DNA of 64,000 nucleotides from Minisyncoccia bacterium. Its GTDB lineage: Bacteria > Patescibacteriota > Minisyncoccia > Phycocordibacterales > UBA9973. Below the pieces are notes generated by a model. It was not told where the DNA came from, searched no databases, and worked only from the letters and a program-made list of their open reading frames with translations. The stretch lies in the NCBI GenBank assembly GCA_041737125.1, contig JBGSSJ010000014.1, positions 68,375 to 132,374 of the forward strand, given 5' to 3'. The first letter of the stretch is position 1; the number at the start of each line of letters is the position of its first letter. This document shows, in pieces, positions 37,761 through 45,846 of this stretch. The position numbers and the translations under genes were made by a program.

Positions 37761-37977
37761 TTTGGACGGATTTGCAACCATATCCTTTGGCGAACCAAAG
37801 GGGTTAGGTCGACTGATATTCAGTTGTAAATGAATAATAACATTTTCAGAGTTATTACTCTAGATTGATTGTATCGCTGATACGTGGTTTTGCTAAGGAT
37901 AGTATCGCGAGTATGCGACGTATTTCTTAGTCTGCATAGTCTTAGCAAAATAGATGATCTGCGTCATTAATTAATAT

Positions 37978-39300
37978 ATGGAAACGCAGTACATAAGTAA
38001 CCTTGGTGTTAAGACGGAGGTAATTCAAGCGAAAGTAAGATATGTCTTATACGCCAGAAAATCAACTGAATCTGATGAGAAGCAAGCCCTTTCGATTGAG
38101 TCTCAAGTAAAGGAGATGTTAACTATCGCAGATCGAGACGGTTTAACAGTCGTCGATATTAGGCGTGAATCTCATTCTGCAAAAGAGTCAGGGCAACGAC
38201 CAGTATTTAAAGAATTACTTGAGGATATTCGGCGAGGTAGATATACAGGAATTCTGACCTGGGCACCTGATCGTCTTTCTCGAAATGCCGGTGATCTTGG
38301 TTCAGTTGTTGACCTTATGGACGAAAACAAGCTTATAGAGATTAGGACATATGGACAACACTTTAAGAATTCACCAAACGAGAAGTTTCTTTTAATGATT
38401 TTATGCTCACAAGCAAAACTCGAGAACGATAATAAAAGTATCAATGTAAAACGAGGATTACGGACAAGATGTGAAATGGGGCTTCGCCCAGGTCCTGCAA
38501 TATTTGGATATTTAAACGAAAAGCATGTAGATAAAAAATGTGAAGTTATTATCGACACAGAGCGAGCACCTGTAGTTAAAAAGATATTTGAAAAAGTAGC
38601 ATATGAAAAATGGAGTGGGAGAAAAATATATCACTGGTTAAAGTTTGAGTTAAATCTAAAAACTCGTAACGGAAACAAAGGACTTACCCTCAGCAACATC
38701 TATATGATTTTAGAAAACCCCTTTTACTACGGGGTTTTTGAATATCCCAAGAAAAGTGGAAATTTTTATAAAGGTAGACACGAACCAATCATCACAAAAG
38801 AACTGTTTGATACTGTGCAAGAACAAGTTAAATCACAAACTCTTCGTACTCAAGAGCCAAAAGAATTCGCTTTTATTAAAATGATGAATTGTGGTCTTTG
38901 TGGATCAGGAATTACCGCAGAAGAAAAATTTAAGAAACTTAAAGACGGCAGCATAAACAGACATGTGTATTATGGCTGTGCCAAATCTAAGGATAGATTT
39001 TGTAAGTGTGGGTATATTAATGAGAATGATTTGATTCAACAATTTGAAAAACTAATTGATCAAATTGATATCAATGAAATTGGAATGAAAGAAAAAATTA
39101 AATACGAAGTTGAGCGAATTAAAAGATTTAACCATTCTGTATTAAATATAAAACAACAAATACAGATAAAAGATGTGGATGTAAGGGACTACGCCAAGTT
39201 TATTTTGAAAGATAGCTCGATTGAAGACAAGCGAGAATTACTCATGTGCTTTAAAAACAACATTTTGTTAGATAATAAAACTATTAGGTTGAGTTATTAA
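37978..39300 (+). CDS. Large serine recombinase
   Basis: YARKST, DRLSRN, CGLCG..YYGC Zn ribbon. Confidence 0.95.
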   Translation: METQYISNLGVKTEVIQAKVRYVLYARKSTESDEKQALSIESQVKEMLTIADRDGLTVVDIRRESHSAKESGQRPVFKELLEDIRRGRYTGILTWAPDRLSRNAGDLGSVVDLMDENKLIEIRTYGQHFKNSPNEKFLLMILCSQAKLENDNKSINVKRGLRTRCEMGLRPGPAIFGYLNEKHVDKKCEVIIDTERAPVVKKIFEKVAYEKWSGRKIYHWLKFELNLKTRNGNKGLTLSNIYMILENPFYYGVFEYPKKSGNFYKGRHEPIITKELFDTVQEQVKSQTLRTQEPKEFAFIKMMNCGLCGSGITAEEKFKKLKDGSINRHVYYGCAKSKDRFCKCGYINENDLIQQFEKLIDQIDINEIGMKEKIKYEVERIKRFNHSVLNIKQQIQIKDVDVRDYAKFILKDSSIEDKRELLMCFKNNILLDNKTIRLSY

Positions 39301-39320
39301 CAGTGTATTATCATAAAGCT

Positions 39321-39349
39321 TAGACTTTCGGTTTTATTTCGGATATAAT
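39321..39349 (+). promoter_or_regulatory. Promoter of the lexA-methylase gene with a TTTCGG direct repeat
   Basis: TAGACT-17 nt-TATAAT; TTTCGG at 39326 and 39337, 11 bp apart. Confidence 0.55.
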
Positions 39350-39379
39350 TGAATTGTAGCAAATTAGATTTCTAAACAA

Positions 39380-40957
39380 ATGACCACACTAACCAAAAAA
39401 CAAAAAGAAGTATTTGATTATATAAGCACATATATCGCTGAAAATGGTATTTCTCCAACCATTGATCAGATTCGTAAAAAATTAAAGCTGAAGGCAGTCT
39501 CTACTGTTCATGAACATATCGCTTCCCTAAGAGAAAAAGGATACCTTTCAAAGTCAGATAGTACAGATCGAGGGATGACACCAAAAAAAGAAATCAAATC
39601 GGTAATTGAGATTCCTATAGTTGGTAAAATTGCTGCTGGTCAACCAATTGAGGCATTAGAAGATCATCAGGCTACTATTTCAATAATAAATCCCTCTATT
39701 AAGAGTGCTAAGGATCATTATGCTTTACGAGTAGTTGGTGACAGTATGATCGATGAAGGTATTTTTAATGGAGATATTGTGGTTATTAAAAAACAATCCG
39801 TAGCAGAGAATGGACAAACTGTTGTCGCGATTATTGACGATAACCAAGCAACCCTCAAAAAATTATATAAGGAGGATAAAAAAATAAGGCTACAGCCTGG
39901 AAATCCTGACATGAAGCCTTTGTTTAGAGTAGATGTTGAGATCAGAGGTGTTGTTGTTCAAGTTATAAGAAATATCGATAATGAAGCAGAAGTGTTACCT
40001 ACAAAGAAACAGAAGCATGGTTTTAGAACAATAGACTTATTTGCTGGAGTAGGAGGCATCCGAAAAGGATTTGAAAATGCAGGTTTTAAAACAGTCTTTG
40101 CAAATGATTTTGATGCCCCTTGTAAGCAGACATATGATTTGAATTTTAAAGATTCTAAATTAATAATTGAAGACATTAGAAAAATTGGTATCAATGATTT
40201 ACCAGAGTTTGACTTTATACTCGGAGGTTTTCCTTGTCAGGCATTTTCTATAGCAGGCTATCGCAAAGGCTTTGATGATCCTAAAAATAGAGGTAACCTG
40301 TTTTTTGATATTGCGAAGATTATTGAAGCAAGAAAACCAGCAGGCTTCATGTTGGAAAATGTTAAAAATCTAAAAAGCCATGATGATGGAAATACTTTTA
40401 GAATTATCGAAGAGACCCTCAGAGATCTTGGTTACCATGTAAAATCCAAAGTACTAAACACTATGGAATATGGAAATGTTCCCCAAAATCGTGAGAGAAT
40501 TTATATTGTAGGATTTAGAAATAAAGATTACTTTGATAGGTTTAACTTTCCAGAACCAGTAAAACTCACAAAAAAAATAACAGATCTCTTAGAGAAAAAT
40601 GTTCCTGAAAAATACTATTACAATGGCAAACCTCTTTTTGATAAATTAAAGAAAGACGTAAAAGAAGAAGGTAAGGTATACCAATGGCGAAGGCAATATG
40701 TTCGCGAAAATAAAAGTGGGGTTTGCCCTACTCTCACAGCAAATATGGGAATGGGTGGACACAATGTACCAATTATCAAAGATAAGAAAGGTATCAGAAA
40801 ACTTACGCCATTAGAGTGCTTTAGAATACAAGGATTTCCTGCAACTTATATTTTACCCAAGATCGCAGACTCTTCTTTGTATAAACAAGCTGGCAATTCA
40901 GTTAGTGTCCCTGTTATTGAAGCCGTTGCTAAAAAAATGATGGAGGCAATGAAGTAG
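39380..40957 (+). CDS. LexA repressor fused to C5-cytosine methyltransferase (M.Bsp6I-like)
   Basis: LTKKQ..wHTH, IAAG, GDSM, ATLK; then DLFAGVGG, GFPCQ, ENV, QNRER, TLTANMG, YKQAGNSV. Confidence 0.92.
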   Translation: MTTLTKKQKEVFDYISTYIAENGISPTIDQIRKKLKLKAVSTVHEHIASLREKGYLSKSDSTDRGMTPKKEIKSVIEIPIVGKIAAGQPIEALEDHQATISIINPSIKSAKDHYALRVVGDSMIDEGIFNGDIVVIKKQSVAENGQTVVAIIDDNQATLKKLYKEDKKIRLQPGNPDMKPLFRVDVEIRGVVVQVIRNIDNEAEVLPTKKQKHGFRTIDLFAGVGGIRKGFENAGFKTVFANDFDAPCKQTYDLNFKDSKLIIEDIRKIGINDLPEFDFILGGFPCQAFSIAGYRKGFDDPKNRGNLFFDIAKIIEARKPAGFMLENVKNLKSHDDGNTFRIIEETLRDLGYHVKSKVLNTMEYGNVPQNRERIYIVGFRNKDYFDRFNFPEPVKLTKKITDLLEKNVPEKYYYNGKPLFDKLKKDVKEEGKVYQWRRQYVRENKSGVCPTLTANMGMGGHNVPIIKDKKGIRKLTPLECFRIQGFPATYILPKIADSSLYKQAGNSVSVPVIEAVAKKMMEAMK

Positions 40958-40959
40958 GG

Positions 40960-41523
40960 TTACCAAACCTTTACATCAGTCGCGATTGGCTTAAGGTCAT
41001 ATTTTGCAATCACATCTTTTTTGATACAAAATCTAGGTCGTCTCTTTTCTTCTTGTTGCTGTTTTAGCGTTTGAAGTTTATTGACCGGGTTATCATAGAT
41101 AAAATTATTAGGTATTTTATATACCTTAAAAGTTCCGTCGACTCTGCCGTCAGCATAAAAATCTAAAAAATATAAATCGTCCCACTTAGATTTTGGACCA
41201 AAAGAAGTAAGATCATTTTCTACACTACAAGCTTTGATTTGTTCTGCTCTCTTTGTTTTAGTATTAAACGTATCAAATGATGTATTAGAAAGTTTTTTAG
41301 CACTTATTAATCTTGTGGATCCAGACCATAAACAAAAAGCAACCTCAGATAATCCTTCAGGAAAATTTGGTTCACGCGATTTATAATCACGCATTCCCAT
41401 CTTTAATCCTTTCCATAGATCAAATAGTGTTTTCCATTTTTTTCCATCAGAAGAATCAAACTCCATTAGATCAACGGTGCAGTCTTCATCAAAAATAGTA
41501 GTGTTTACTTTAACTAAGTTCAT
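40960..41523 (-). CDS. Type II restriction endonuclease, Bsp6I family
   Basis: PNFPEGLSE, SFD..QIKACS..DLTSFGP..WDDLYFLDF, RRPRF; convergent with the methylase. Confidence 0.8.
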   Translation of the reverse strand: MNLVKVNTTIFDEDCTVDLMEFDSSDGKKWKTLFDLWKGLKMGMRDYKSREPNFPEGLSEVAFCLWSGSTRLISAKKLSNTSFDTFNTKTKRAEQIKACSVENDLTSFGPKSKWDDLYFLDFYADGRVDGTFKVYKIPNNFIYDNPVNKLQTLKQQQEEKRRPRFCIKKDVIAKYDLKPIATDVKVW

Positions 41524-41556
41524 GATGTATTTATACTATATTTTTATCAATTTCTC

Positions 41557-41595
41557 AAACAAAAACACCTTTTTAATTAAAGGTGTTTTTGTTTT
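41557..41595. terminator. Terminator downstream of the tRNA-Gln locus
   Basis: AAACAAAAACACCTTT..AAAGGTGTTTTTGTTT hairpin. Confidence 0.7.
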
Positions 41596-41627
41596 AAAAC
41601 TAGCTATCTTTGAGCTAGCTCTTGTTT

Positions 41628-41724
41628 GCTGCCAGACCTGGACTCGAACCAAGGAAGTGTCCTACCCGCCCGCCATTGCAAGCATGAGCTTGCTCAGGCG
41701 TTGCGGGCGGGCCATTAGACGATC
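41628..41724 (-). pseudogene. Degenerate tRNA-Gln copy: anticodon arm mostly deleted, palindrome inserted in the D loop
   Basis: 26-bp identity to the tRNA-Gln 3' end; GATCGTCTAATGG[47 bp]TAGGACAC. Confidence 0.85.
41665..41711. repeat. 47-bp palindromic REP-like element, copy 1
   Basis: CCCGCCCGCCATTGCAAGCATGAGCTTGCTCAGGCGTTGCGGGCGGG. Confidence 0.9.
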
Positions 41725-41742
41725 ACTGATTTCTGCACAAAG

Positions 41743-41813
41743 CTGCCAGACCTGGACTCGAACCAAGATAACCTCCTCCAGAGGGAGGTGTCCTACCATT
41801 AGACGATCTGGCA
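41743..41813 (-). tRNA. tRNA-Gln(CTG)
   Basis: TGCCAGA..TCTGGCA-G; anticodon arm CCTCC-CTCTGGA-GGAGG; T loop TTCGAGT. Confidence 0.93.
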
Positions 41814-41828
41814 GCTTTGTGCATAAAT

Positions 41829-42065
41829 TTATATTCTCTCTTTTAAAAATCTTCTCCCAAAACCTGTTTTAAAATACTTTTCTCTTTTCAATGCTTTTTC
41901 TTTACTATTACAAGCTTCATAATATAAAATTTCTAAAGGTCTTCTATTCTCAGTAGCTGGTACTTTGCCTGCAGAATGAAGATTAAATCTATTCTTCAGG
42001 TCTTCGGTATAACCTACATATAAATCACCATCCTTTAAACTTTTTAATACATATGTGTAATACAT
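41829..42065 (-). CDS. Small stand-alone GIY-YIG nuclease
   Basis: YYTYVLKS..LYVGYTEDLKNRF..H..T..RRP..YYEA..A..RE..K. Confidence 0.92.
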   Translation of the reverse strand: MYYTYVLKSLKDGDLYVGYTEDLKNRFNLHSAGKVPATENRRPLEILYYEACNSKEKALKREKYFKTGFGRRFLKERI

Positions 42066-42073
42066 AAATTAAA

Positions 42074-42144
42074 GTCCTACCCGCCCGCCATCGCAAGTAT
42101 GAGCTTGCTCAGGCGTTGCGGGCGGGCTATTAGACGAGCCGGCA
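42074..42144 (-). pseudogene. 5' fragment of another tRNA-Gln allele interrupted by the palindrome
   Basis: TGCCGGC-TC-GTCTAATAG[47 bp]TAGGAC, ending 8 nt before the GIY-YIG ATG. Confidence 0.75.
42080..42126. repeat. 47-bp palindromic REP-like element, copy 2
   Basis: Two mismatches to copy 1; same D-loop position. Confidence 0.9.
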
Positions 42145-42163
42145 ATGCGATCGGCAAATACTG

Positions 42164-43636
42164 CTCAATGTCGATATATTACCACAAAAAAGCTAAAAAA
42201 CAATTAAAAATATGCTCTTGAATCAATTCCTAGAATAACTATTCATACTAACTTACAGTTAGGTTATTCTTGTTTAGGTTCGTAAATTACAGTACCTTTT
42301 GCTATCTTATTATTTTTTTCATCTTCTTCATCTACGGTATTAAATAAAATGTTAAATTCTAAATTATCACCAGTAGAATTTTTTTGAATATCCACAGACT
42401 TTGGCTCTCCCTCTGTTGGCTTATCAGATGCAATCACTTTTACATTATAAACCTTGGACATTTCCTCTGCGAGTCCACCCTCAACACCTGTAAGACAACT
42501 CGATAATACTAGTTCCGCATTATTTTCAAATAATTCTTTGACTCTCTGTATACCTTTACCACTTAAATCTTTTTGCTGGAGCATGCGGTTATCACCCTCT
42601 CTATCGCCAAATCCTACAACATCTGTATTGCCATGAACATGCATATACATGAACTTTATTTTTTGATTATATTTATCTCGAAGATATAGTAGTCGTTTTG
42701 CTAAATCAATTTTTCCATTTGACTCAATAATTCTTATCATAAAGGAATTTTCTTCCACTTTCTCTCTGATACCTTCTGATTGATTCGATTGGGAGAAGGA
42801 ACCATTCCAATCCATAACTGCCTGAAAAAATAAACCATAAGGACCTTTCGCATCTCTCTCCTCATACTGTTTTTTAAGTTCATGTATTGTATATCTCCCA
42901 AAACCACGAATACCAAAATTATCAAATAAATACTTTACAGATCCTTTTTCAAAATTTTGAAGAAATCTTATTTTTCTAAATGTTTCATATATGTACCAGT
43001 CAGCTATTTCGTCATCCTTAACTGTAAGCCAGCTCTGAATAAGATCTTCTGCTTCGTGTTCAGAAAAACCAAACTGTTTTAATATGTAATCAGCCAAATA
43101 CTCTTTATACTCTAAATCTTTTTCTTTTGAAGTATATAATTCTCTCTTTCTTAAAATATCGCGAGCTAGTGTATGATCAATATCATTTGATATCATATAC
43201 AATCTTGCAGTTATTTCTTTATTTGAATCAGTAAGCAAATCAAGTTTATCAATAAGTTCAAAATAAAACTCGTATTCTCGGGATATACTAAAATGTAATT
43301 CTCCTGTTTCTTCTCTTTCTATATATTTTCGAATTTCACTTTCAACTACCGGTTGAATTTTTATAAAATTTTCTTTTATTTCATTAAACTTTCTGGTTCC
43401 AGGTGAAGATTTTAAAATATCTTTTGCTAATACCTCTAGTTTAGACTTTATATCTTCAGGAGTTTTCATCTCTTCAAGATCTATGCTTCCTGTTTTTATT
43501 ATATTAGGGTTAGGTTCTTTCATGTCTCTTTACTTATAGATTTATTACTAAAGTTTTAATATGATATATTGTTTCTCACAAGAATCCTCAATGTCGATAT
43601 ATTACCACAAAATTAGTAAAAAACAATTTAAAAATA
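42164..43636. repeat. Direct repeat (42164-42212 / 43587-43636) flanking the 419-aa gene
   Basis: 26-bp identity CTCAATGTCGATATATTACCACAAAA plus a similar A-rich tail; promoter-like on the minus strand. Confidence 0.85.
42264..43523 (-). CDS. Hypothetical protein with possible clan-CD (His-Gly/Cys) C-terminal domain
   Basis: MHVHGN..LVLSSCLTG..LAEEMS..VIASD. Confidence 0.55.
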   Translation of the reverse strand: MKEPNPNIIKTGSIDLEEMKTPEDIKSKLEVLAKDILKSSPGTRKFNEIKENFIKIQPVVESEIRKYIEREETGELHFSISREYEFYFELIDKLDLLTDSNKEITARLYMISNDIDHTLARDILRKRELYTSKEKDLEYKEYLADYILKQFGFSEHEAEDLIQSWLTVKDDEIADWYIYETFRKIRFLQNFEKGSVKYLFDNFGIRGFGRYTIHELKKQYEERDAKGPYGLFFQAVMDWNGSFSQSNQSEGIREKVEENSFMIRIIESNGKIDLAKRLLYLRDKYNQKIKFMYMHVHGNTDVVGFGDREGDNRMLQQKDLSGKGIQRVKELFENNAELVLSSCLTGVEGGLAEEMSKVYNVKVIASDKPTEGEPKSVDIQKNSTGDNLEFNILFNTVDEEDEKNNKIAKGTVIYEPKQE

Positions 43637-43654
43637 AAAGGAAAATTTGCTATA

Positions 43655-44668
43655 ATGGGTGACATGGCAACAAAAACTCATGGGAAGAAATCAGTTATAG
43701 CAGCATTGCTCGGGAATACATTCGTCACTATCATCAAAGGAACAATATTCTTCATTACAGGCTCGGCTAGTATGTTCGCGGAGAGCGTGCACTCATTGGC
43801 AGACACTCTCAACCAATCACTCCTCCTCATCGGCCTTAACCGTTCGAAAAGACCAGCTGACCATATACGAGGTTATGGCTATGGTATCGAGAGGTTCTTC
43901 TGGTCACTCATATCTGCTTGCGGAATATTATTCATCGGTGCAGGGGTGACTATATACCACTCGATAGATTCACTGATGCATGTAGATAAAGAATTACATC
44001 CTTTCAGTTACCTCAGTATGATAGTGCTATTCGTCGCTCTTATTATCGAAGGTATTACTCTATGGCTTGCAATTAAAGAATTGAAAAAGGGTAGAAAGTT
44101 TTCGAAAGAAATATTCCGAGATGCAGATCCTGTAATACTTGCTATAGTATATGAAGACGGTGCCGCAGTGCTCGGTGTGCTCATAGCTTTGCTTGCACAA
44201 TGGCTCGCTTACCTTACTGGCAATGTGGTGTATGATGCAATAGGAGGAATAGTCGTAGGACTTATACTTGGCTTCCTCGCAGTAATACTGATAATTAAGA
44301 ACCATCAGTATATAATAGGTAAGGCCTTGGATGAGGAGATAACAGAGGAGATAGTAGAATTCCTAGGCCAAGATCCTTGTATAGAACGAATACTCGAATT
44401 CAAATCAGTAGCAGTCGATGTCGGTAAGTATAGAATATTCGCAACTGTTGAGTGGAACGGCTCGCCCCTCTATGAAGAGATATACGAAGCAGGGGATTTG
44501 CAAGAAGAGTGGATAAATATTAAAGACGATTTTGGTGAATTTGCTAAACTAATGTTCAAGACGACAGATCGCATACCACGCCTCGTCGGTAGCCACATAG
44601 ATGAGATAGAGAAAGAGATAGTGAATAAATTCCCACAAGTAGCTTATGTAGATATAGAAATTAATTAA
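43655..44668 (+). CDS. Cation diffusion facilitator transporter
   Basis: GSASMFAESVHSLADTLNQ, YGYGIERFFW, EDGAA. Confidence 0.92.
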   Translation: MGDMATKTHGKKSVIAALLGNTFVTIIKGTIFFITGSASMFAESVHSLADTLNQSLLLIGLNRSKRPADHIRGYGYGIERFFWSLISACGILFIGAGVTIYHSIDSLMHVDKELHPFSYLSMIVLFVALIIEGITLWLAIKELKKGRKFSKEIFRDADPVILAIVYEDGAAVLGVLIALLAQWLAYLTGNVVYDAIGGIVVGLILGFLAVILIIKNHQYIIGKALDEEITEEIVEFLGQDPCIERILEFKSVAVDVGKYRIFATVEWNGSPLYEEIYEAGDLQEEWINIKDDFGEFAKLMFKTTDRIPRLVGSHIDEIEKEIVNKFPQVAYVDIEIN

Positions 44669-44675
44669 TTATTTT

Positions 44676-45806
44676 ATGAGTAACATCACACGATTCATAT
44701 ATAAGAATATAGTCAAACGGATACTTTTCTTATTTCCGGCTGATAGTGTGCATAGCTTATTCCTTCGTACTGGGCGGTATCTAGGAGCGAGTGACTTTGC
44801 GAAGAATTTTATAAGGCGCATTTGGCACTATGGTGACCCGCGACTCGTGCAAGAAATATCCGGACTCAAATTCGATAATCCGATCGGGCTATCGGCAGGC
44901 TTCGACTATAATGCTGACCTAGGCGCGATACTTCCTCATGTAGGCTTTGGTTTCCATACTGTTGGCACACTTTCTTATGAGCGATATGAAGGGAACCCGA
45001 TGCCTATGCTTGCAAGATTACCGAAGTCAAAGTCCTTACTCGTGAATAAGGGATTTAAGAATGAAGGAGTGGCGAAAGTGCTTGCCAATATGAGCGAAGG
45101 GAAGAGGCGCGCTATTCGCGGAGTAAGTATAGGAGTCACCAATAAGTCATACGAATCTTTCGAGGAGATGGTGGATAACTTGATTGCCGGGTTCAAAGAA
45201 GCGGATAAGTTCGCGAACTTCGACTACTATGAATTTAATATTAGCTGTCCTAACTTACGCAATGTGAAAGGCTTCGCTACTGATTTAGGCTCACCTGAAG
45301 GGCTCAAGCATGCACTACAGAGGATACATACACTCGGACTCAAGCGCCCAGTATGGATGAAGATGCCACTCGAGCGCTCCAATCAAGACATGATCAAACT
45401 TATCGACACTATTAAGCTCTTCTCATTCGTCGAAGGATTAATATTCTCGAACTTAGTGAAAGACCGCACGAATAAAGCATTCGATAGGTGCGAGGTAGAG
45501 AATGCAGGCGCAGGGAACTTCAGCGGTAAGCCAGTCGAGAGTCAGTCCAATATCCTCATTCGTTTTGCTTATAAATTATACGGCGATCGATTTGTAATTA
45601 TAGGTACTGGCGGAGTGTTCTCTGCAGAGGATGCGTATATGAAGATCCGAAGTGGTGCAAGCTTGGTGCAACTTATTACAGGTATGGTCTACGAAGGACC
45701 ACAATTAATAGGTGATATAAATCGGGGACTCGCTCAAATGCTTGAGCGTGATGGGTACAATCATATAAATGAGGCGATAGGTGTAGATGTCCTTCTTGAT
45801 AGGTAG
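44676..45806 (+). CDS. pyrD: Dihydroorotate dehydrogenase (quinone)
   Basis: NPIGLSAGFD, GNPMP, NISCPN, SGKP, GASLVQLITG. Confidence 0.9.
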   Translation: MSNITRFIYKNIVKRILFLFPADSVHSLFLRTGRYLGASDFAKNFIRRIWHYGDPRLVQEISGLKFDNPIGLSAGFDYNADLGAILPHVGFGFHTVGTLSYERYEGNPMPMLARLPKSKSLLVNKGFKNEGVAKVLANMSEGKRRAIRGVSIGVTNKSYESFEEMVDNLIAGFKEADKFANFDYYEFNISCPNLRNVKGFATDLGSPEGLKHALQRIHTLGLKRPVWMKMPLERSNQDMIKLIDTIKLFSFVEGLIFSNLVKDRTNKAFDRCEVENAGAGNFSGKPVESQSNILIRFAYKLYGDRFVIIGTGGVFSAEDAYMKIRSGASLVQLITGMVYEGPQLIGDINRGLAQMLERDGYNHINEAIGVDVLLDR

Positions 45807-45846
45807 GTCTTTCAATTTATCCAAAAACAATGTATTGTAGTAACAC

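Larger units (their letters stand above)
28098..41600. mobile_element. Defence-rich integrative island adjacent to tRNA-Gln (boundaries approximate)
   Basis: Serine recombinase, terminases, ParB-methylase, TIR/caspase operon, R-M pair, two LexA-like genes; housekeeping-type genes on the left, tRNA-Gln 3' end on the right; no att repeat found on the left. Confidence 0.75.

Noticed and set aside
41477-41872. 131-aa plus-strand ORF with repeated CQTWTRTK
   Set aside because: It is the antisense translation of the duplicated tRNA-Gln sequences.
41628-42144. CRISPR array
   Set aside because: The repeats are tRNA fragments and two palindromes at irregular spacing; there are no spacers or cas genes.
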